DNA from: Phaeosaccion multiseriatum | Taxonomy: Eukaryota; Protista; Ochrophyta, other classes | Assembly (NCBI GenBank): GCA_965112735.1 | Contig: OZ218964.1 | Location: 1,054,001-1,118,000 of the forward strand | DNA length: 64,000 nt | Direction of reading: 5' to 3' | In this document: positions 26,330 to 39,700 of the stretch, in pieces | Layout of the letters: each line of letters starts with the position of its first letter | Position numbering within the stretch: position 1 is the stretch's first letter | Notes under the pieces: generated by a model | Database searches by the model: none | The model's input: only the letters and a program-made list of their open reading frames with translations | Told to the model about the DNA's origin: nothing | Program-made: the position numbers and the translations under genes

Positions 26330-29300
26330 ATGGGTATTACCGGACTGCTGCCTTTGCTCCGTCCTGTCACCAAAGACACACACATCCGAGACTTGAAGGG
26401 ACAGGTTAGTGGGCCACTTCTTTTTGAATTAGTACGGCGCCAAACCGCCTACGAATTTTCTGATTGAATTGAATGAAGCGCGGTAGCAAACTCTTTTCCC
26501 CACCGTGAATGAAGTGAATGTTCCAGCACTTATCAACGACAACCCGATTTCGCTGCCTCGGACTGGAGAGGGACTTTCTTTCACGGCCCCCAAACCGAAA
26601 ATGGCAATTCTCCAGTCGCCTCTCACGGCCCCTTTCCCACCACCGCCCGCCCGCCCGCCCTCGCTGCTGACCACCCTACCAGACTGTAGGTGTGGACACA
26701 TACTGCTGGCTGCACAAGGCGGTTTACTCGTGTGCTGAAGAACTTTGTACTGGGAAAGAGACAGACAAGTACATCCACTACTGCCTCGAGCGCATCTACC
26801 TCCTCATCGACCATGGCGTCACCCCCTATCTTGTGTTCGATGGGGCGGCCCTTCCGGCCAAGCGGAACACCGAGACGGAGCGTAGACAGAGGCGGGCCAC
26901 CTCCCTCGCTCTAGGGTTGCAGCTGTTGAGAGAGGGCAATCGAGGGGCTGCTCATGGTCATCTATCCAAGGCTGTCAACGTCACTCCACGCATGGCTGCT
27001 CGTCTGGTACAGGTGCGTAAACGTGACGGGACGGTTGTAGAGGTGGAGGAGGAAAGGAGAGGGAAAGCAAAGCCAAAGGCAAAGGAGGCCTCGCATCGCA
27101 TATGTCAAGGAAGGGCGTGCCTGAAACCCTGCTTAAAGAGACGAGTCTCACTTGCTCCTCACGTGCTTGGTCTCAGCTGCAACCAAACCGTCTACTCCAC
27201 CTGCTTCACCTCTTTGACTCTGCTATCGCTGCCCGATGCTGCTCATCATGTTTCTACCTGTGTGTTGCTGCTGCTGCTGCTACTACTGGTGGTGGTGGTG
27301 GCTCAGATTTGCAAGAGTATTCCCCAAGTCAAGTATGTGGTGGCTCCGTACGAGGCAGACGCACAGGTAAGCAGAAGTACAAGGAGGTACACGGATAGGA
27401 GAGAGGTGGAGCCGAAGGGCTCACGAGAAATTTCAGAAGAGACTCGTTTGCTTCAGTGCTCCCCTTTTGCGTTCTCTCCGGAGTGTTTTGCCTTCAGCAT
27501 CTCTCTCTCTCTGTGCGCTTGTGTCCCTCTCTCTCAATCCCTCTCTCACTCCCCCCCCCCCCTCAACCCCGCTCTCTCTCTCTGTGTGTCTCTCTCTCTG
27601 TGTGTGTGTGTGCGTGCGTCCGGGGTTGTGCGATTCTTTTCTCCATTCCATCCCCTCCCTGATGAATGGCCGCACACATACACACACACTCTTAAACACC
27701 TCCCCCCCCCCCAGCTGGGCTACCTCGCTCGCAACCACCTCATCGATGCTGTAATCACCGAGGACAGCGACATCGTCCTGTTCGGCTGCCCAAGGGTGCT
27801 GTACAAGATGGACAAGACGGGCATGTGTCAGGACGTGCAGCTGGACCATCTCTTTCGCAGCAGAAACGATGAGCTCGACCTTAGGGGCTGCAGCGAGGAC
27901 GACTTGCTCTACACCTGTGCCCTCTCTGGCTGTGACTACCTCGACTCTTGCCACGGTATGGGCCTCAAGAAGGCCCACAGGATTGTCAAGAGGCACGGAG
28001 GGAAGTTGGACCGCATCATGCGGGCGGTGAGTTTGAGTTACAGTTTGAGTCTGTGGGAGTGGTAGTTGGGAGTGGAAGTGGGGGGGTGGGGAGTGTGGGA
28101 TGTGGTGTGAGTAAGTGGGGTTGTGTGGTCGACATGCCGACTCGTGATCTGAGGGGAGGACCAGGGAGGGCTACACCATTCTCTTCGGGTGCTGCGGCGG
28201 TCGGGGGGCTCGAAGTCTTATGGCCCGTCCGTACCTGTACGAACTCTCCCACACACGTCGATCGTCACCAACAGGTTCGCTTTGAATTCGACCGCGTCAA
28301 GGGCTACGAGGATGCCTTCGTCCGCGCGTTGCTGACTTTCCGCCACCAGCGGGTCTTTGACCCTGTGAGCCGAAAGGTGGTGCACCTGACGCCCGTAGAC
28401 ACAGCGGCTCTTGCCAAGTTTTGTGGCGGAGCAGCAAGGGTGGCAGCGTTTCGACGCACAGAAGGAGGAGGAGGAGGAGGAGGAGGAGGAGGAGGAGGAG
28501 CAGGAGCAACCGCAGAAGCAACAGCAGGAGCAACAGCAGGAGCAGGAGCAACAGCAGGAGCAACAGCAGGAGGAGGAGCAGGAGGAGGGGGAGAGGTCGG
28601 AGTGGGGCATGACTTTGACCTGGACTTCCTCGGGCCTCATGTGGGGAGTGCCGTGGCGTGTGGGGTGGCGGACGCCATTTTAGATCCGGATACGCTGCTG
28701 CCCTTCGGGGAAGGCGGACAACATCCGGCACAGGCACCGGCAATGTCGTCATCGGTCCCGGCACAGGGAGAGGGAGAAAGAGGAGGAGAAGGAGGAGGAG
28801 GAGGAGGAGGAGGAGGAGGAGGAGGAGGAGGGGATGCAAGTGCGCGGGAGGAGGCGCTTCTTCGGGAAGCCAGGCGACGATCAGCGACAGCAGCCCATAG
28901 CGGCAGCAGCAGCAAGGGCGGTCGGGGCCAGCAGCAGCAGCAGCAGCAGCAACAACAGAGCAACACTCTCAAAAAGTATTGGTCGACAGCGGTGTCGACA
29001 GCAACCACCTCTTCGAGGAAGTCGGCGCCAGTGGTGGAGACAGTGACCATACAGGCGACCACGAGAGCACGCACGATGAACACACCTACCTCTCGCAGCG
29101 CTGCTGGGGAAGCAAAGATGAGGTCGAGCAGCAGCGTCGGCAGCAGCAGCGTCAGCAGCCTCAGCAGGAGGAGTAGCTGCCCTTCGGCGCTTCTCTTGCT
29201 GCCCGCAAAGAGCCACGTCAAGAGTCAACATCATCGCCGTAAGAAGAGGATAAGCTCGAAAGAGAGCGGTGGATGCGGCAACGGCATCGGGCTAAGTCTT

Positions 29301-30486
29301 TTGAAGGGGAGTAGTAGTAGCAGCAGCAGTAGCAGCAGGAAAGGGCCGCCTAGTCCTGGGCAGAAGAGGCGGGTGAGTCTCAGCAACAAAGGAGCTGACG
29401 AAGGGGCGGTGGAGGAGGAGGGAGACGAAGACGATGCAGGTTGCAGCAGCTTTGACTTCTACAGCTTTGGTGGCGGGGGCGATGGGGGTGACGAGCACCA
29501 AGGGGGGGAAAGACGGGAGGACTGTGGGGTAGCGGTGGGGCCATTCGTAGCACCAGCCAAGACAGCCAAGGCGGAGGAAGCAACACCGAAAGCAGCTCTA
29601 GCCGAAGAAGCAGCGAACCGGGGCAGCAGGTCTGCCAAGACGAACACAGCGACGCTCTTGTACGCGTCGATGGAGGGGGCTGAGACCACCGCCGGTACCA
29701 ACAGCAGGGGGGGGGGGGGTGAGGAAGACGACGAGGAGGGGAGCTGTAGCGAGCCTTACGACCAGATTTCACGCATTGCCTTGGCGAAAGAAGGTGAAGG
29801 TGTTGTAAGTGGGAAGGAGAATGGCTGCACCGCCGCCGCACCCCCCGCGAGTGCCGACACGAGCAGCAGTACAAGCAGCAGAGATGTGTTCTTCTTCTAC
29901 CCGGAGGCGGCGGAGTCCGAGGCATCCTCACCACCCACACCCACCCCGTCTAGAGGACGTGGGGACGATATCGGGGAGGAGGAAGAGGATGTACCGCAGT
30001 GTGGCGGAGACGGCGGCGGCAGCGGCGGAGATAAAGGTAGCAGCACTCCCTTTCCCTCTCCCTCCACGGGTGACGGTTCCAGCCACTCTGTTGGGGGGAG
30101 CAAGAAAGGAGGCAGCAGCACCAGCGGCAGCGGCAGCGGCAGCAGCAGCTTTTTCGGCTCGCTTCATCGCCCGGTGGGACTGCAGAGGTGCAAGGGAAAG
30201 AAGGGGAAAGGGAAGAGCAGCAGTGGCAGCAGCAGCGTGAAAGCCGGAGCAGCGTTGCCTAGCAACACCCGGAAGAAGATGATGGTGAAGAAGAAGACAA
30301 CGACAACGATGACAACAATGAGTCCTCCTCGTGGACTGCCGGGCAGCAGCAGGGGGTTGAAGTTGAAGCTTCCGCGGGGGCGGCCCCGCGGGGTCGTGGA
30401 GAAGGTGCTGGACTTTTCAAAGTACTCCAGAAGCAGCAGAGAAAGGTTGGGTGGACCTGCTGTATCACCAACTGCGGCGGCTCCTG

Positions 30487-30531
<45 letters not shown>

Positions 30532-31370
30532 GCATGGGTGGCGATGATGAGAGAGACATGGATGCGAATGCTCAACAAGACGAAGGGGGGGTCGTGTTCT
30601 TGGCGGGGCAGAGGGACGAGGCGGCACAAGAAGGCTGTGATGCGGTGGGTGTTGGGGGAGAGGGCCCCAGAGGGGAGAGGGGCGAAGGGCAGCGGGTGGG
30701 AGGGGGGCAGGGGTGGGCGGAGCATGAGGAGGAGGAGGAGGAGGAGGAGCAAAGGGAGGAGGAGCGGGAGAACGACAGGCCCTTGGACGACAAAGCTCCA
30801 GGTGCTGAGGCTGAGTGTCCCTCCTCCTGGGGCGACATGTTTGGGCAGTTTGCGGCTTGCACGGGAGGAAGAAGGAGCGCTGCACCGCTCTCTCCTTCGA
30901 CTCCGCCCAATACCACCAACTCTTCTACCAACTCTTCTCCCCACACGCCGTCGGGTGACACGCCGCCGCACAGTCTCGCGAAGGGAGGAGGGGCTGCTGT
31001 ATCACCAACTGCTGCTTCTGCTGCTGCTGCCGTTCCTCGTCGTGTGTCCGATGGAGGATCGGACCATCAGGAGCAAGGAGGGGGGGGCGACCGAGCTTCG
31101 TCACCACCGCCAGCAGCAGCAGTTGGTGATACAGCAGACGGCGCGAAGAGTAAAGGGCCGACTCCGCTGCCCTCTCCATCATCCAAACGGAAGCGTCGTT
31201 CCGCGGGCAGTGCGTGCGAAGAAGCGCATCGCCGAGCGAGGCCAAAGCGGCGGCAACAGCACAAGGCCCGGCCAACAACACGCCAGCAACGCTCCCCGTC
31301 CTCATCCTGCGAGCACGACTTGGACTTTGACCTCTCTGTCAACTTCGCTCAGTTCAATTACCAACCATAG
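26330..31370 (+). CDS. EXO1: Exonuclease 1 (XPG/Rad2 family), 5 exons, with long disordered C-terminal tail
   Basis: Exons 26330-26404, 26683-27012, 27307-27366, 27715-28026, 28275-31370. Motifs MGITGLLPLL, VDTYCWLHK, LVFDG, VAPYEADAQLGYL, ITEDSD, LSGCDYL, GMGLKKA, TFRHQRVFDP. Confidence 0.93.
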
Positions 31371-32015
31371 TACTAGTACCGTGTAGGCCAGGGAAAAAAA
31401 AAGCACAGTGCGAAATCTCAAAATCAGTCTCTCTTCTTCCCCGGCCTCGGCGACTCAGCGACACACACACACACACACACACACTTTCACACTTTCAGTT
31501 TCTTAGGTTATGAAGTCATTAAAGTTCAGTCTCTCTCTTCTTCCCCCCTGGGGAAAACAGTTACAATCGGCCATAAGGCGTTTTTCTCTTTTCGACTCAA
31601 CAGCAGCAGAGCTTGGGAGAGAGCGTAGAGAGAGAGTCTCAGAGCGAGACTGTGTGTGTGCCCTGACCCTGGAAGGAGCGTAGAGCGAAGGAGGCCGTGG
31701 AGAGTGTGGATGATCATGTGCCCCCTGCGGCGGTCGCGTTGAGGGTAGGGGAATTGAAGGGGAGGGAGGTTTACTCGGCAGAAGTAGTTGGCAGCAAAAA
31801 TAGCAGCACCAGCACCAAGCAATAGCAGCGGTAGAGGGAATCCTCTTCCCCCGACTTTGTCGTAACGAGGCACATGGGTGTCTGACATTCGGGAGGTGAA
31901 CACGCAGTGCAACCAGTCGTTGCCCGTCAAGAGATTGACCGCGTGCCCTGGCATCGTTTTGGTGCGTGCGCACTGAGTACGGTTGCGTTGCCACCGAAGC
32001 TGACCACTGCGCATC

Positions 32016-34403
32016 ATGTACGAGCGCGAGGGCGCTGAGTCTAGCCCAGAGTGGGGTGCAGTAGCAGCAGCAGCGCCTGGAGCCCCGCCAGTATCGGCAG
32101 AAGAAGGAGAGGGGAGAAGAGGGGAAGAGGGGGGGGGTTGGGGGACTGTCGTCGCAATGGGCTCAAGTAGCAGAAGCATCTGCAGCAGCAGCGTGCACAA
32201 TAGCGGTGCAAGGCGGGGTACAATAAAACAGCGCGTACGGGAGAGGACAGCTCGGCGAAAGGAAGGCCGGAAGGTGATTTTTAGTGTGTGTGCGGTGCTT
32301 GCCCTGGCGGCATCAAGCTGTGTGTTGGTTCGGGAGTACAACATGACCAGCACTGTGGATGGAAGGGGAGTCGGGGAAGGAGAGAGCTTGCGAAAAGAAG
32401 GAGGGCAGAAGAAGGAAAGGACGCTACATACCCAGCTGACGCTGGAGCAGGAGAAGGGGGGCCGGCATGAGGCTGGGATGCAGAGCTTGCTAGAGATGGA
32501 CAACCGTTTCGCCGCCTCTGTTGGAGGAGGAGGAGGAGGAGGAGGAGGAGAAGAACGAAGGCCAGAAGCATCATCGAGAGATGAAAGGGAGGAGGAGGCT
32601 CGACGACTGTCGGGGGGAGGCGAGGCGCTATGCGAGGGCATCAACCACAGCACTGCCCTTGTGGCTTTGGAGCTCGTGGGCATTCTCTACATCTTCCTCG
32701 GGCTTGCCGTGGTGTGCGACGAATTCTTCCAAACCTCACTGGAGAAGATAAGCGAGGTGCTGAACCTCTCTCCCGACGTGGCGGGGGCCACCTTCCTGGC
32801 AGCTGGCTCCTCCGCCCCCGAACTGTTCACATCTCTGGCGGACGCCTTTGGGGACGACAGCAGCATCGGCGTCGGCACTATTGTCGGGTCCGCCATGTTC
32901 AACATCCTGGTGATTGTGGCGCTGTCAGCCGCCGTTGCGGGCAAGCATGGTTCCTACCTTCACGTGGACTGGCGGCCGGTGTGCCGAGACGTTTCGTTCT
33001 ACTCTTTGTCCATCGTGCTCATGGTCATCTTCTTCAACGACCAGGTCATTCAGCTGTACGAGTCCACCATCATGGTGCTGACGTACTTCCTCTATGTCCT
33101 CTTTATGAAGTTCAACTCCAAGGTCCTCGCGAAGTGCACTGACACACGCATCTCCGACTTCGGCCCGGAGGACAGCACCCAGGAGAAGGAAGCCCTCAAA
33201 GCTGCCGCCGACGGTTTCAGAGAGGAGGCCGCTGCTTCCACCGCCGCCGCCACCGCAGAGGGGGGAGAAGGAGCTGCAACGCCCGCAGTGACGATGAAGG
33301 CAGACAAAGACGCACAGTCTGTGGGCGGAGACAGCACCAGCACCGTGGGCGGTAAGGGAGCAAAGGTTCTGCCGGCTCCAATGGACATGGAGGAAGGGGG
33401 AGTGCCGGCGGAGGCCGACGCAAGTGCGGGCTCGACCGAACTGCCTCCGGGCCGACGTAAGTCGATGACCCTTGGGGTGAGGAACAGGGTGGAGCGTCGC
33501 AGGAGCTCGCTCAACGCTCAGGGTACTCTCGTTCATGCTAATGGTCATGGCACTACCGCTGGGGCCGCGGGAAAGTCCGGCACTGGAGACTCAGCGGAAG
33601 TGGCCCCGTTGGTGCACGGTGACGTCAATGCCGCCAACGCCGCCGACGGAGGAGAAGCAGGAGGAGGAGGAGGAGGAGGAGATGAAGCATTAGCACTACA
33701 ACCTGTAGCAGAGAAGGCAGCAGCGGGTCCAAGCAGCGCAGAGGTCTCCAAGGAGGGGGGAGGAGGGGGAGGAGGGGGGGCAGGGGCAGACGAGGAGGCA
33801 GAGCAAGACGACGGTAGCCGCTTCGACTTCCCCGAGGGGCTCACAGACCGCATCCTATGGGTGTTGGGTTTCCCGTACCTCATCCTCTTCACCATCACCG
33901 TGCCCGATTGCGGAAACCCCCGATGGGAGAACTGGTACGTTGTCTCCTTCCTCATGTCCATCGCTTGGATCGGCATCCTCTGCCACTATATGGTGCAATG
34001 GGCGACTTTCGTGGCTTGCACATGGAACATTCCCGTCGTGGTCATGGGGCTGGTCGTACTCTCGGTCGGCACCTCCGTCCCCGACGCCATCGGATCGATG
34101 ATCGCGGCCAAGAGCGGAGAAGCAGGCATGGCCATTGCCAACGCCGTGGGGAGTAATGTGTTTGATATCCTCCTCGGACTGGGGCTGCCCTGGATGCTCC
34201 GCGTCATCATCCTCGACAAGAAAGCGGAGGTTTCCTCGGACGGCGTGTTCAAGTACGTCGTCACTCTCTTCTGCACCGTCTTCTTCTTCCTCGGCGTGCT
34301 GGTGGCCAACAAGTGGAGGATGAATACAACGGTCGGGTACGGGCTCTTCGGCCTGTACTTGCTCTTTGTGGTCTTCTCCATCATTGACGTTGCCCTTAGT
34401 TAG
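32016..34403 (+). CDS. K+-dependent Na+/Ca2+ exchanger (NCKX/SLC24 family), intronless
   Basis: 795-aa ORF with alpha-1 repeat [17 protein letters not shown]...[12 protein letters not shown] and alpha-2 repeat GTSVPDA...[11 protein letters not shown]; two TM clusters separated by a large loop. Confidence 0.93.
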   Translation: MYEREGAESSPEWGAVAAAAPGAPPVSAEEGEGRRGEEGGGWGTVVAMGSSSRSICSSSVHNSGARRGTIKQRVRERTARRKEGRKVIFSVCAVLALAASSCVLVREYNMTSTVDGRGVGEGESLRKEGGQKKERTLHTQLTLEQEKGGRHEAGMQSLLEMDNRFAASVGGGGGGGGGEERRPEASSRDEREEEARRLSGGGEALCEGINHSTALVALELVGILYIFLGLAVVCDEFFQTSLEKISEVLNLSPDVAGATFLAAGSSAPELFTSLADAFGDDSSIGVGTIVGSAMFNILVIVALSAAVAGKHGSYLHVDWRPVCRDVSFYSLSIVLMVIFFNDQVIQLYESTIMVLTYFLYVLFMKFNSKVLAKCTDTRISDFGPEDSTQEKEALKAAADGFREEAAASTAAATAEGGEGAATPAVTMKADKDAQSVGGDSTSTVGGKGAKVLPAPMDMEEGGVPAEADASAGSTELPPGRRKSMTLGVRNRVERRRSSLNAQGTLVHANGHGTTAGAAGKSGTGDSAEVAPLVHGDVNAANAADGGEAGGGGGGGDEALALQPVAEKAAAGPSSAEVSKEGGGGGGGGAGADEEAEQDDGSRFDFPEGLTDRILWVLGFPYLILFTITVPDCGNPRWENWYVVSFLMSIAWIGILCHYMVQWATFVACTWNIPVVVMGLVVLSVGTSVPDAIGSMIAAKSGEAGMAIANAVGSNVFDILLGLGLPWMLRVIILDKKAEVSSDGVFKYVVTLFCTVFFFLGVLVANKWRMNTTVGYGLFGLYLLFVVFSIIDVALS

Positions 34404-34516
34404 TCGAGTAGTGCTGGCGTGAAAGACATGTCATCGACAAATGACAAGGGGCCGAGGAGGAGGAGGAGGAGGAGGAGGAGGAGGAGGAGGTGCATACGCG
34501 GGCCTGGCCCGGAATG

Positions 34517-34626
34517 CACACACACACACACACACACATACATACACACACACACACATACACACACACACATACACACACACATACACACACACATACA
34601 CACACGCACAAACACGCAGACACACA

Positions 34627-34684
<58 letters not shown>
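34517..34684. repeat. Compound (CA)n/(GA)n microsatellite
   Basis: Directly visible. Confidence 0.9.
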
Positions 34685-34686
<2 letters not shown>

Positions 34687-34951
34687 CAAGGACAAGGCAG
34701 CGTTGCGGACGGAGACGACCTCGCTGCGTGGCGTCCAAAGCAGAGCAAAGCAAAGCCCGTGCCTTCGAGGAGAAGAGGAGGACGACAGACAGAGGAGGAC
34801 GACAGACAGCACAGCCGAAGCCGAAGCAAAGAGACACCGCTCGCCGGAGCATGGCGTCACAGCAAAGAGGGGAGGAGCGGCGAGTCCTACCCTCGGTTGG
34901 CGACGACAGCGGCTTTCGGACTCGGATTCGGACTCGGATTCGGAGGAGGAT

Positions 34952-34993
<42 letters not shown>

Positions 34994-35860
34994 GAGGAGG
35001 AGGAGGAGGAGGAGGAGGACAGAGGATAGAGGGGATGGAAGGCGCCGCCGCCCCTTGGCTGGATCTTCGTTGGATCGAGACAAGAGGGTGGGTGGAGAGG
35101 GCGTAGTGGCATGCATCATGTACAGCAACGAGCAACAGCAGTTGGTGATACAGCAGCACAAGCAACAGCAGTTGGTGATACAGCAGCACAAGCAAGGGGG
35201 GGTGCAGACGGACGGAGAAGGAATCATGGGGGGACAGGGGGGGATTGGGCAAGGCGGGGAAGGGAAAAGGGAGGGCAAAGAAAGATTGAAAAGAAGGAAA
35301 AGGGATCGAAATACATACAAGTGTGGAGGAGGGTGATTAATGACGGGGATGAGAGAGGGGGGGGGATTCCAGAGCGTTTCGTATTTACTCGCGAAATCCT
35401 CTCCCCCCCTTATCTGTTATGGTAAAATCCCTCCAGGACTTTCCGAAAGCGATAGGTAGTAGTAGTAGTATTAGTGACTTAAAGCTTTTGTGTGTGGAAA
35501 TGGAAATGAATGAAACTCTACGAAAGTGGTCATATACCCCAACGAAAGAGAGACACGCCACGCCTGGGCCTGTGCGGACTTTCCTTTCATCCGCACATTT
35601 CTTCCGCCCTGCCTGCCTGCCTGCGTGCCTTCTCCACACACACACACGCTTTCATTTTAGACATATCCATCGCTCTCCCCCCATCCTTCTTGCCACTCTC
35701 TCACTCACTCACTCACTCACTCACTCGTTCCTCGCTCTCGCCGTTGCTGCTTGTTTCATTCACAACCCGCCATACGATACTGGTGCCGAGGCGAAGGACG
35801 TTGAAGCAGAGAGAGGACGGTCCCTCCGGAGCTGCCAATTGCGTAGGCTAGGGCCATGGG

Positions 35861-35917
35861 CTCTAAGCTCTAAGCTCTCTAAGCTCCAAGCTCTCTAAGC
35901 TCTAAGCTCTAAGCTCC
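35861..35917. repeat. CTCTAAG heptamer tandem repeat
   Basis: About 7 degenerate copies of CTCTAAG. Confidence 0.8.
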
Positions 35918-36073
35918 AGGCGCCGCCCTTCTCATTCCAAAGGGGCTGTTGGGCTGCCCCTCGCCTCGCATCCCTTTGTCGCCTCCCCCCCACCTCCATG
36001 CCTGTCCCCTCCTACTTGCAGTCTGTTCTGCTCTCCTCCCCTACTCCTGCTCCTCGTGTGTCACCCCTTATTA

Positions 36074-36267
36074 TTAGTCGTCGCTCTCGGCAGCCTCCGC
36101 CAGCGCCAGCGCCCTCAAATTCACCTATAGGAGGGGGGGTGGATGGCAACACACGGCAACACGCAAAGCAGGGAGCCGAGGTCAGAGGCGTACGAGCTTG
36201 AGACAGCAGCAGTTGGTGGTACAGCAGCAGTTGGTGGTACAGCAGCAGCAGCAGATGCAGCAGCAGC

Positions 36268-36329
<62 letters not shown>

Positions 36330-36573
36330 CAGCAGCACTCGCAGTGGGGCAAAAAAACAAAACAGAAAGGACAAAAAAAAGAAAAAGCTTCGCTGCAAAG
36401 TCAACACCACTCACTACTTGCCTTGGCAGGGTGGTACTTTAGCCTCATCCTCAGCTCCCCCTTGGCGCCCGCGCCTGCTCCATCGAGCGAGTATGAGCGC
36501 TCCACCTCGTTGTTGTTGTGCACCACATCGGCCACTCGAAGGTTGAGGTGCCCAATCTCAGTGTCGTCGCCTG

Positions 36574-36625
<52 letters not shown>

Positions 36626-36656
36626 GCGTGTGTGTATGTGCGTGTGCGTGTGTGTG

Positions 36657-36707
<51 letters not shown>

Positions 36708-39700
36708 GTGTATGTGCGTGTGCAAGGTACGGGAGGCACGGCAGGCAAAGCGGGCAAGGAGGGGAGGAGGAGGTGAGAAGGCGATGAAGCGAAGGTCCCA
36801 TCCATGGCTTCACATGAGAAGCATTGCTTGACCATTGCTTGACCATTGCTAGACCATTGCTTGACCATTGCTTGATTTGATTTGGAGGGGTCTTCTCTGT
36901 CTCTCCATCTCTTTCTCTCTTCTCTCTTTCTCTCCCTCTCGTATCCCTCTCTCTATCCCCCTTCCTCCTTCTCTCTTTCTCTCCGTTCATGTCCCCCACT
37001 CTCTCCTCGACACACCTATCCGTGAGTCACTCTTGACGACAACCTCGAGCATGGCCAAGTCTCTGCCTCTGATGATGAAGTGGAACACCTTGGGGGGGGA
37101 GAGGGGAAAGAGGGATGGCAGTGGATGGGGCGCAAGGGTAGATGAGCAAGTGAGCAAGTCAGCAAACGAAGGAGAAACATAACCAAAGGAAGGGAAGGGA
37201 GACCGCAAGATGATGGTATTCTTCCGCTGAAAGGATCCGATTTTACAGCGCCCATTCCGCGAAAGAAGCACACCCCTGTCCTTGTTGTCGCTCTACCCCC
37301 CCCTCCCTCCCCCTTTTTCTCCCTCGTCCTCCCCCTCCCTCCCCCTCTTTCTCCCTCTTCCTCCCTCCGCTCTATCTCTCCCTTCCTCTTCCTCCCCCTC
37401 CCTCCCTCCCTCCCTCCCTCCCTCCCTCCCTCCCTCCCTCCCTCCCTCCCTCCCTGTCTCTTTACCTCTGTGAAGGCGGACAGACTGGCCTTGAGTGAGT
37501 AAGCAGTCTTCTTCGACGCATTGCCTTGGCGGAAGGTGAGCCTACACTTGGCAGGTTCAATGCCAGACAGCTCCATGCCCACACAGGTCAACACCCCAAG
37601 GTCTGCAAGCAACCAGGGGAGAAGGGGGGGGCGGGGGGCGAGCAATACAGAAGGCGGGTTCGTTCGGTTAGGGTGAAATGAGTATACTTGGGCCCCTCCT
37701 TTCTATCGGAGCACAGGGGAAGGAGGCTGGAGAACGGCCCTATAGCTTGAGGGTATGACAAGGGAGGGCAAGAGGAGAGGTATGGCAAGGGCAGGCACAA
37801 GACGAGAAGACCGGAAGACGCCCCCTCATGCCCCTCATGCACGCCTCCCTCCTCCCCTCCACCCACCCCCCCCCCCCCCTAAACACGGCAACGTACCCGT
37901 GGGGTCGGCGATAGGGGACTCCGCCTGCTCCGCCGGGGCCTCTTCGGCCACGAGCTCCCTTGAGCGCCCCTCCTTGTCTTCGTCCTCCTTGTCTTCGTCC
38001 TCCGCGCCATCACCATCACTGTCGCTGTCATCGTCCTTGTGGCCAATCTTCATTTTGTCGCTCATCTTATCACCAAGCTTGCTCATCTTGTCACTCATCT
38101 TGCTGAAAGTGGAGCCAAACGTGCTCCTCCTCTTTTTGTGCTTCTTGGCCACCGCCTCCGCCTCCTGCGCTCGCTTTGCCTCCTCCACTTCATCCCTAAT
38201 CACCGGAGGCAACGCTTCCTTGGCGGTCAGGACAATGTCGTCCGTCAACGGGTCCTCTCCATCCTTCACCTCGTACAGTACATCAGGGTCTGGCTCCGGC
38301 TCGTTCGTCTCGAGGGGGATGTAGGTCGCTTGCAAAGTGAGGGAGCCGCGTGAAGTCTTGTGCAATGGGAGCGTCATGGTTGTCGTGCTAAAGTCCTTGA
38401 GGGCGGCCAGGCGCAGCTCGCATTTGCCGAGGGTTTCGTCGTTTCCGACGGTGTCGTGGTCAAACAGCTGTAGGGATGCCGGAGGGGAGGGAGAGGGGGC
38501 CGGGGGGGGGGGGCAGGAGATGACAAGAGAGGAGGAGGAGAAGAAGAAGGAGGAGGAGGAGGAGAGATGAAGACACGTCGTTGTACAGACGTCATTGTAC
38601 AGACATGATCGACGACACACATACAGGGAGAGGGCGCATGCGCACGAGAGAGAAGGCAAGAGAGAGATGGAGATCAAAGAGACACACGCATACACACACG
38701 TACCTCCATGTACACGGTCTGCGTGGCGCGGTCGTAGGCCATGAACTCGAACGTTTCATCGAACTTGGGGTTCAAGCAGTTCTGTAACGCCAAAACAAGG
38801 AGGGAGAGAGGAAGGAAGGGAGGGAGAGGGAGGAGGGGTTAAAGGGAAGGATACACAGAGAGAGATATGGAGAGAGAGAGGGAGGGAGGCACACACGCTC
38901 ATACACAAACACACACGCACAAACACACACCTTGATCGTCTTGCTGGTGTACGTGCTGTCACCAAGCTTGACCACAACATAAGGGTCGCTGCTGCTGCCC
39001 GACAGCCCAATGTCCTTGGCCACCAGGTTGTCCGCCTTGACGAGTCGCAGCTGCAGCACGCCAGACGGGGGCGGGCTGGACATGTCACGGATGTCGATGT
39101 CGTCGAGGATGGGTATCACCAACTTCTTGGGGTACAGGAACCAGTTGGCGAGCACGTCCTGTTCGGTGTGTGTGTGTGGAGAGGTAAGGGGAGGAGGAGG
39201 AGGAGGAGGAGGAGGAGGAGGAGGGGGAGGAGGAGGAGGAGGAGGAGGAGGAGGAGGAGGAGGAGGAGGGGGAGAAGGAGAAGGAGGAGGAGGTTAGTTA
39301 GGTATGCCATCACTGGTTGGGTATTGGCGTTACTGGTTGGGATTGATGGTTGGGTTGGGTATTGGCGGTACTGCTTGTACGAACGAGCGTATAGGCCGCA
39401 GTCCGCCGTAGCAAGCGGTAAAGGGAGGGGAGACACAAGTGTGCGCAACGGGCCAAAGGAAGAGAACACAACCCCAGGGGGCAGGTAAGGCCCTGGGGGG
39501 TAGGTAAGACCCTGAGGGGTAGGTAGGCCCCAGGGGGGTAGGGAGGTGTGTACGTGTGTGCGTATGTGTGTGTGCTACTGACCTTGATGATGTTGCTGAT
39601 GGTTGTACCGAGGGACTTCTCCGCAGGGCCGATGCTCATGACATCCAGGGAACCGACCTGGGGATAGGGAGAGAGGGAGGGGCCGGGGGGAGGAGTAGTT

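Noticed and set aside
34396-35900. Multiple 120-300 aa ORFs between NCKX and the fusion gene
   Set aside because: Composed of CA/GA/GTC/GGA microsatellite translations with no domain signal; likely UTR or intergenic
35861-35917. CTCTAAG repeats as telomeric sequence
   Set aside because: Short, internal and lacking the CCC run; treated as an ordinary heptamer repeat
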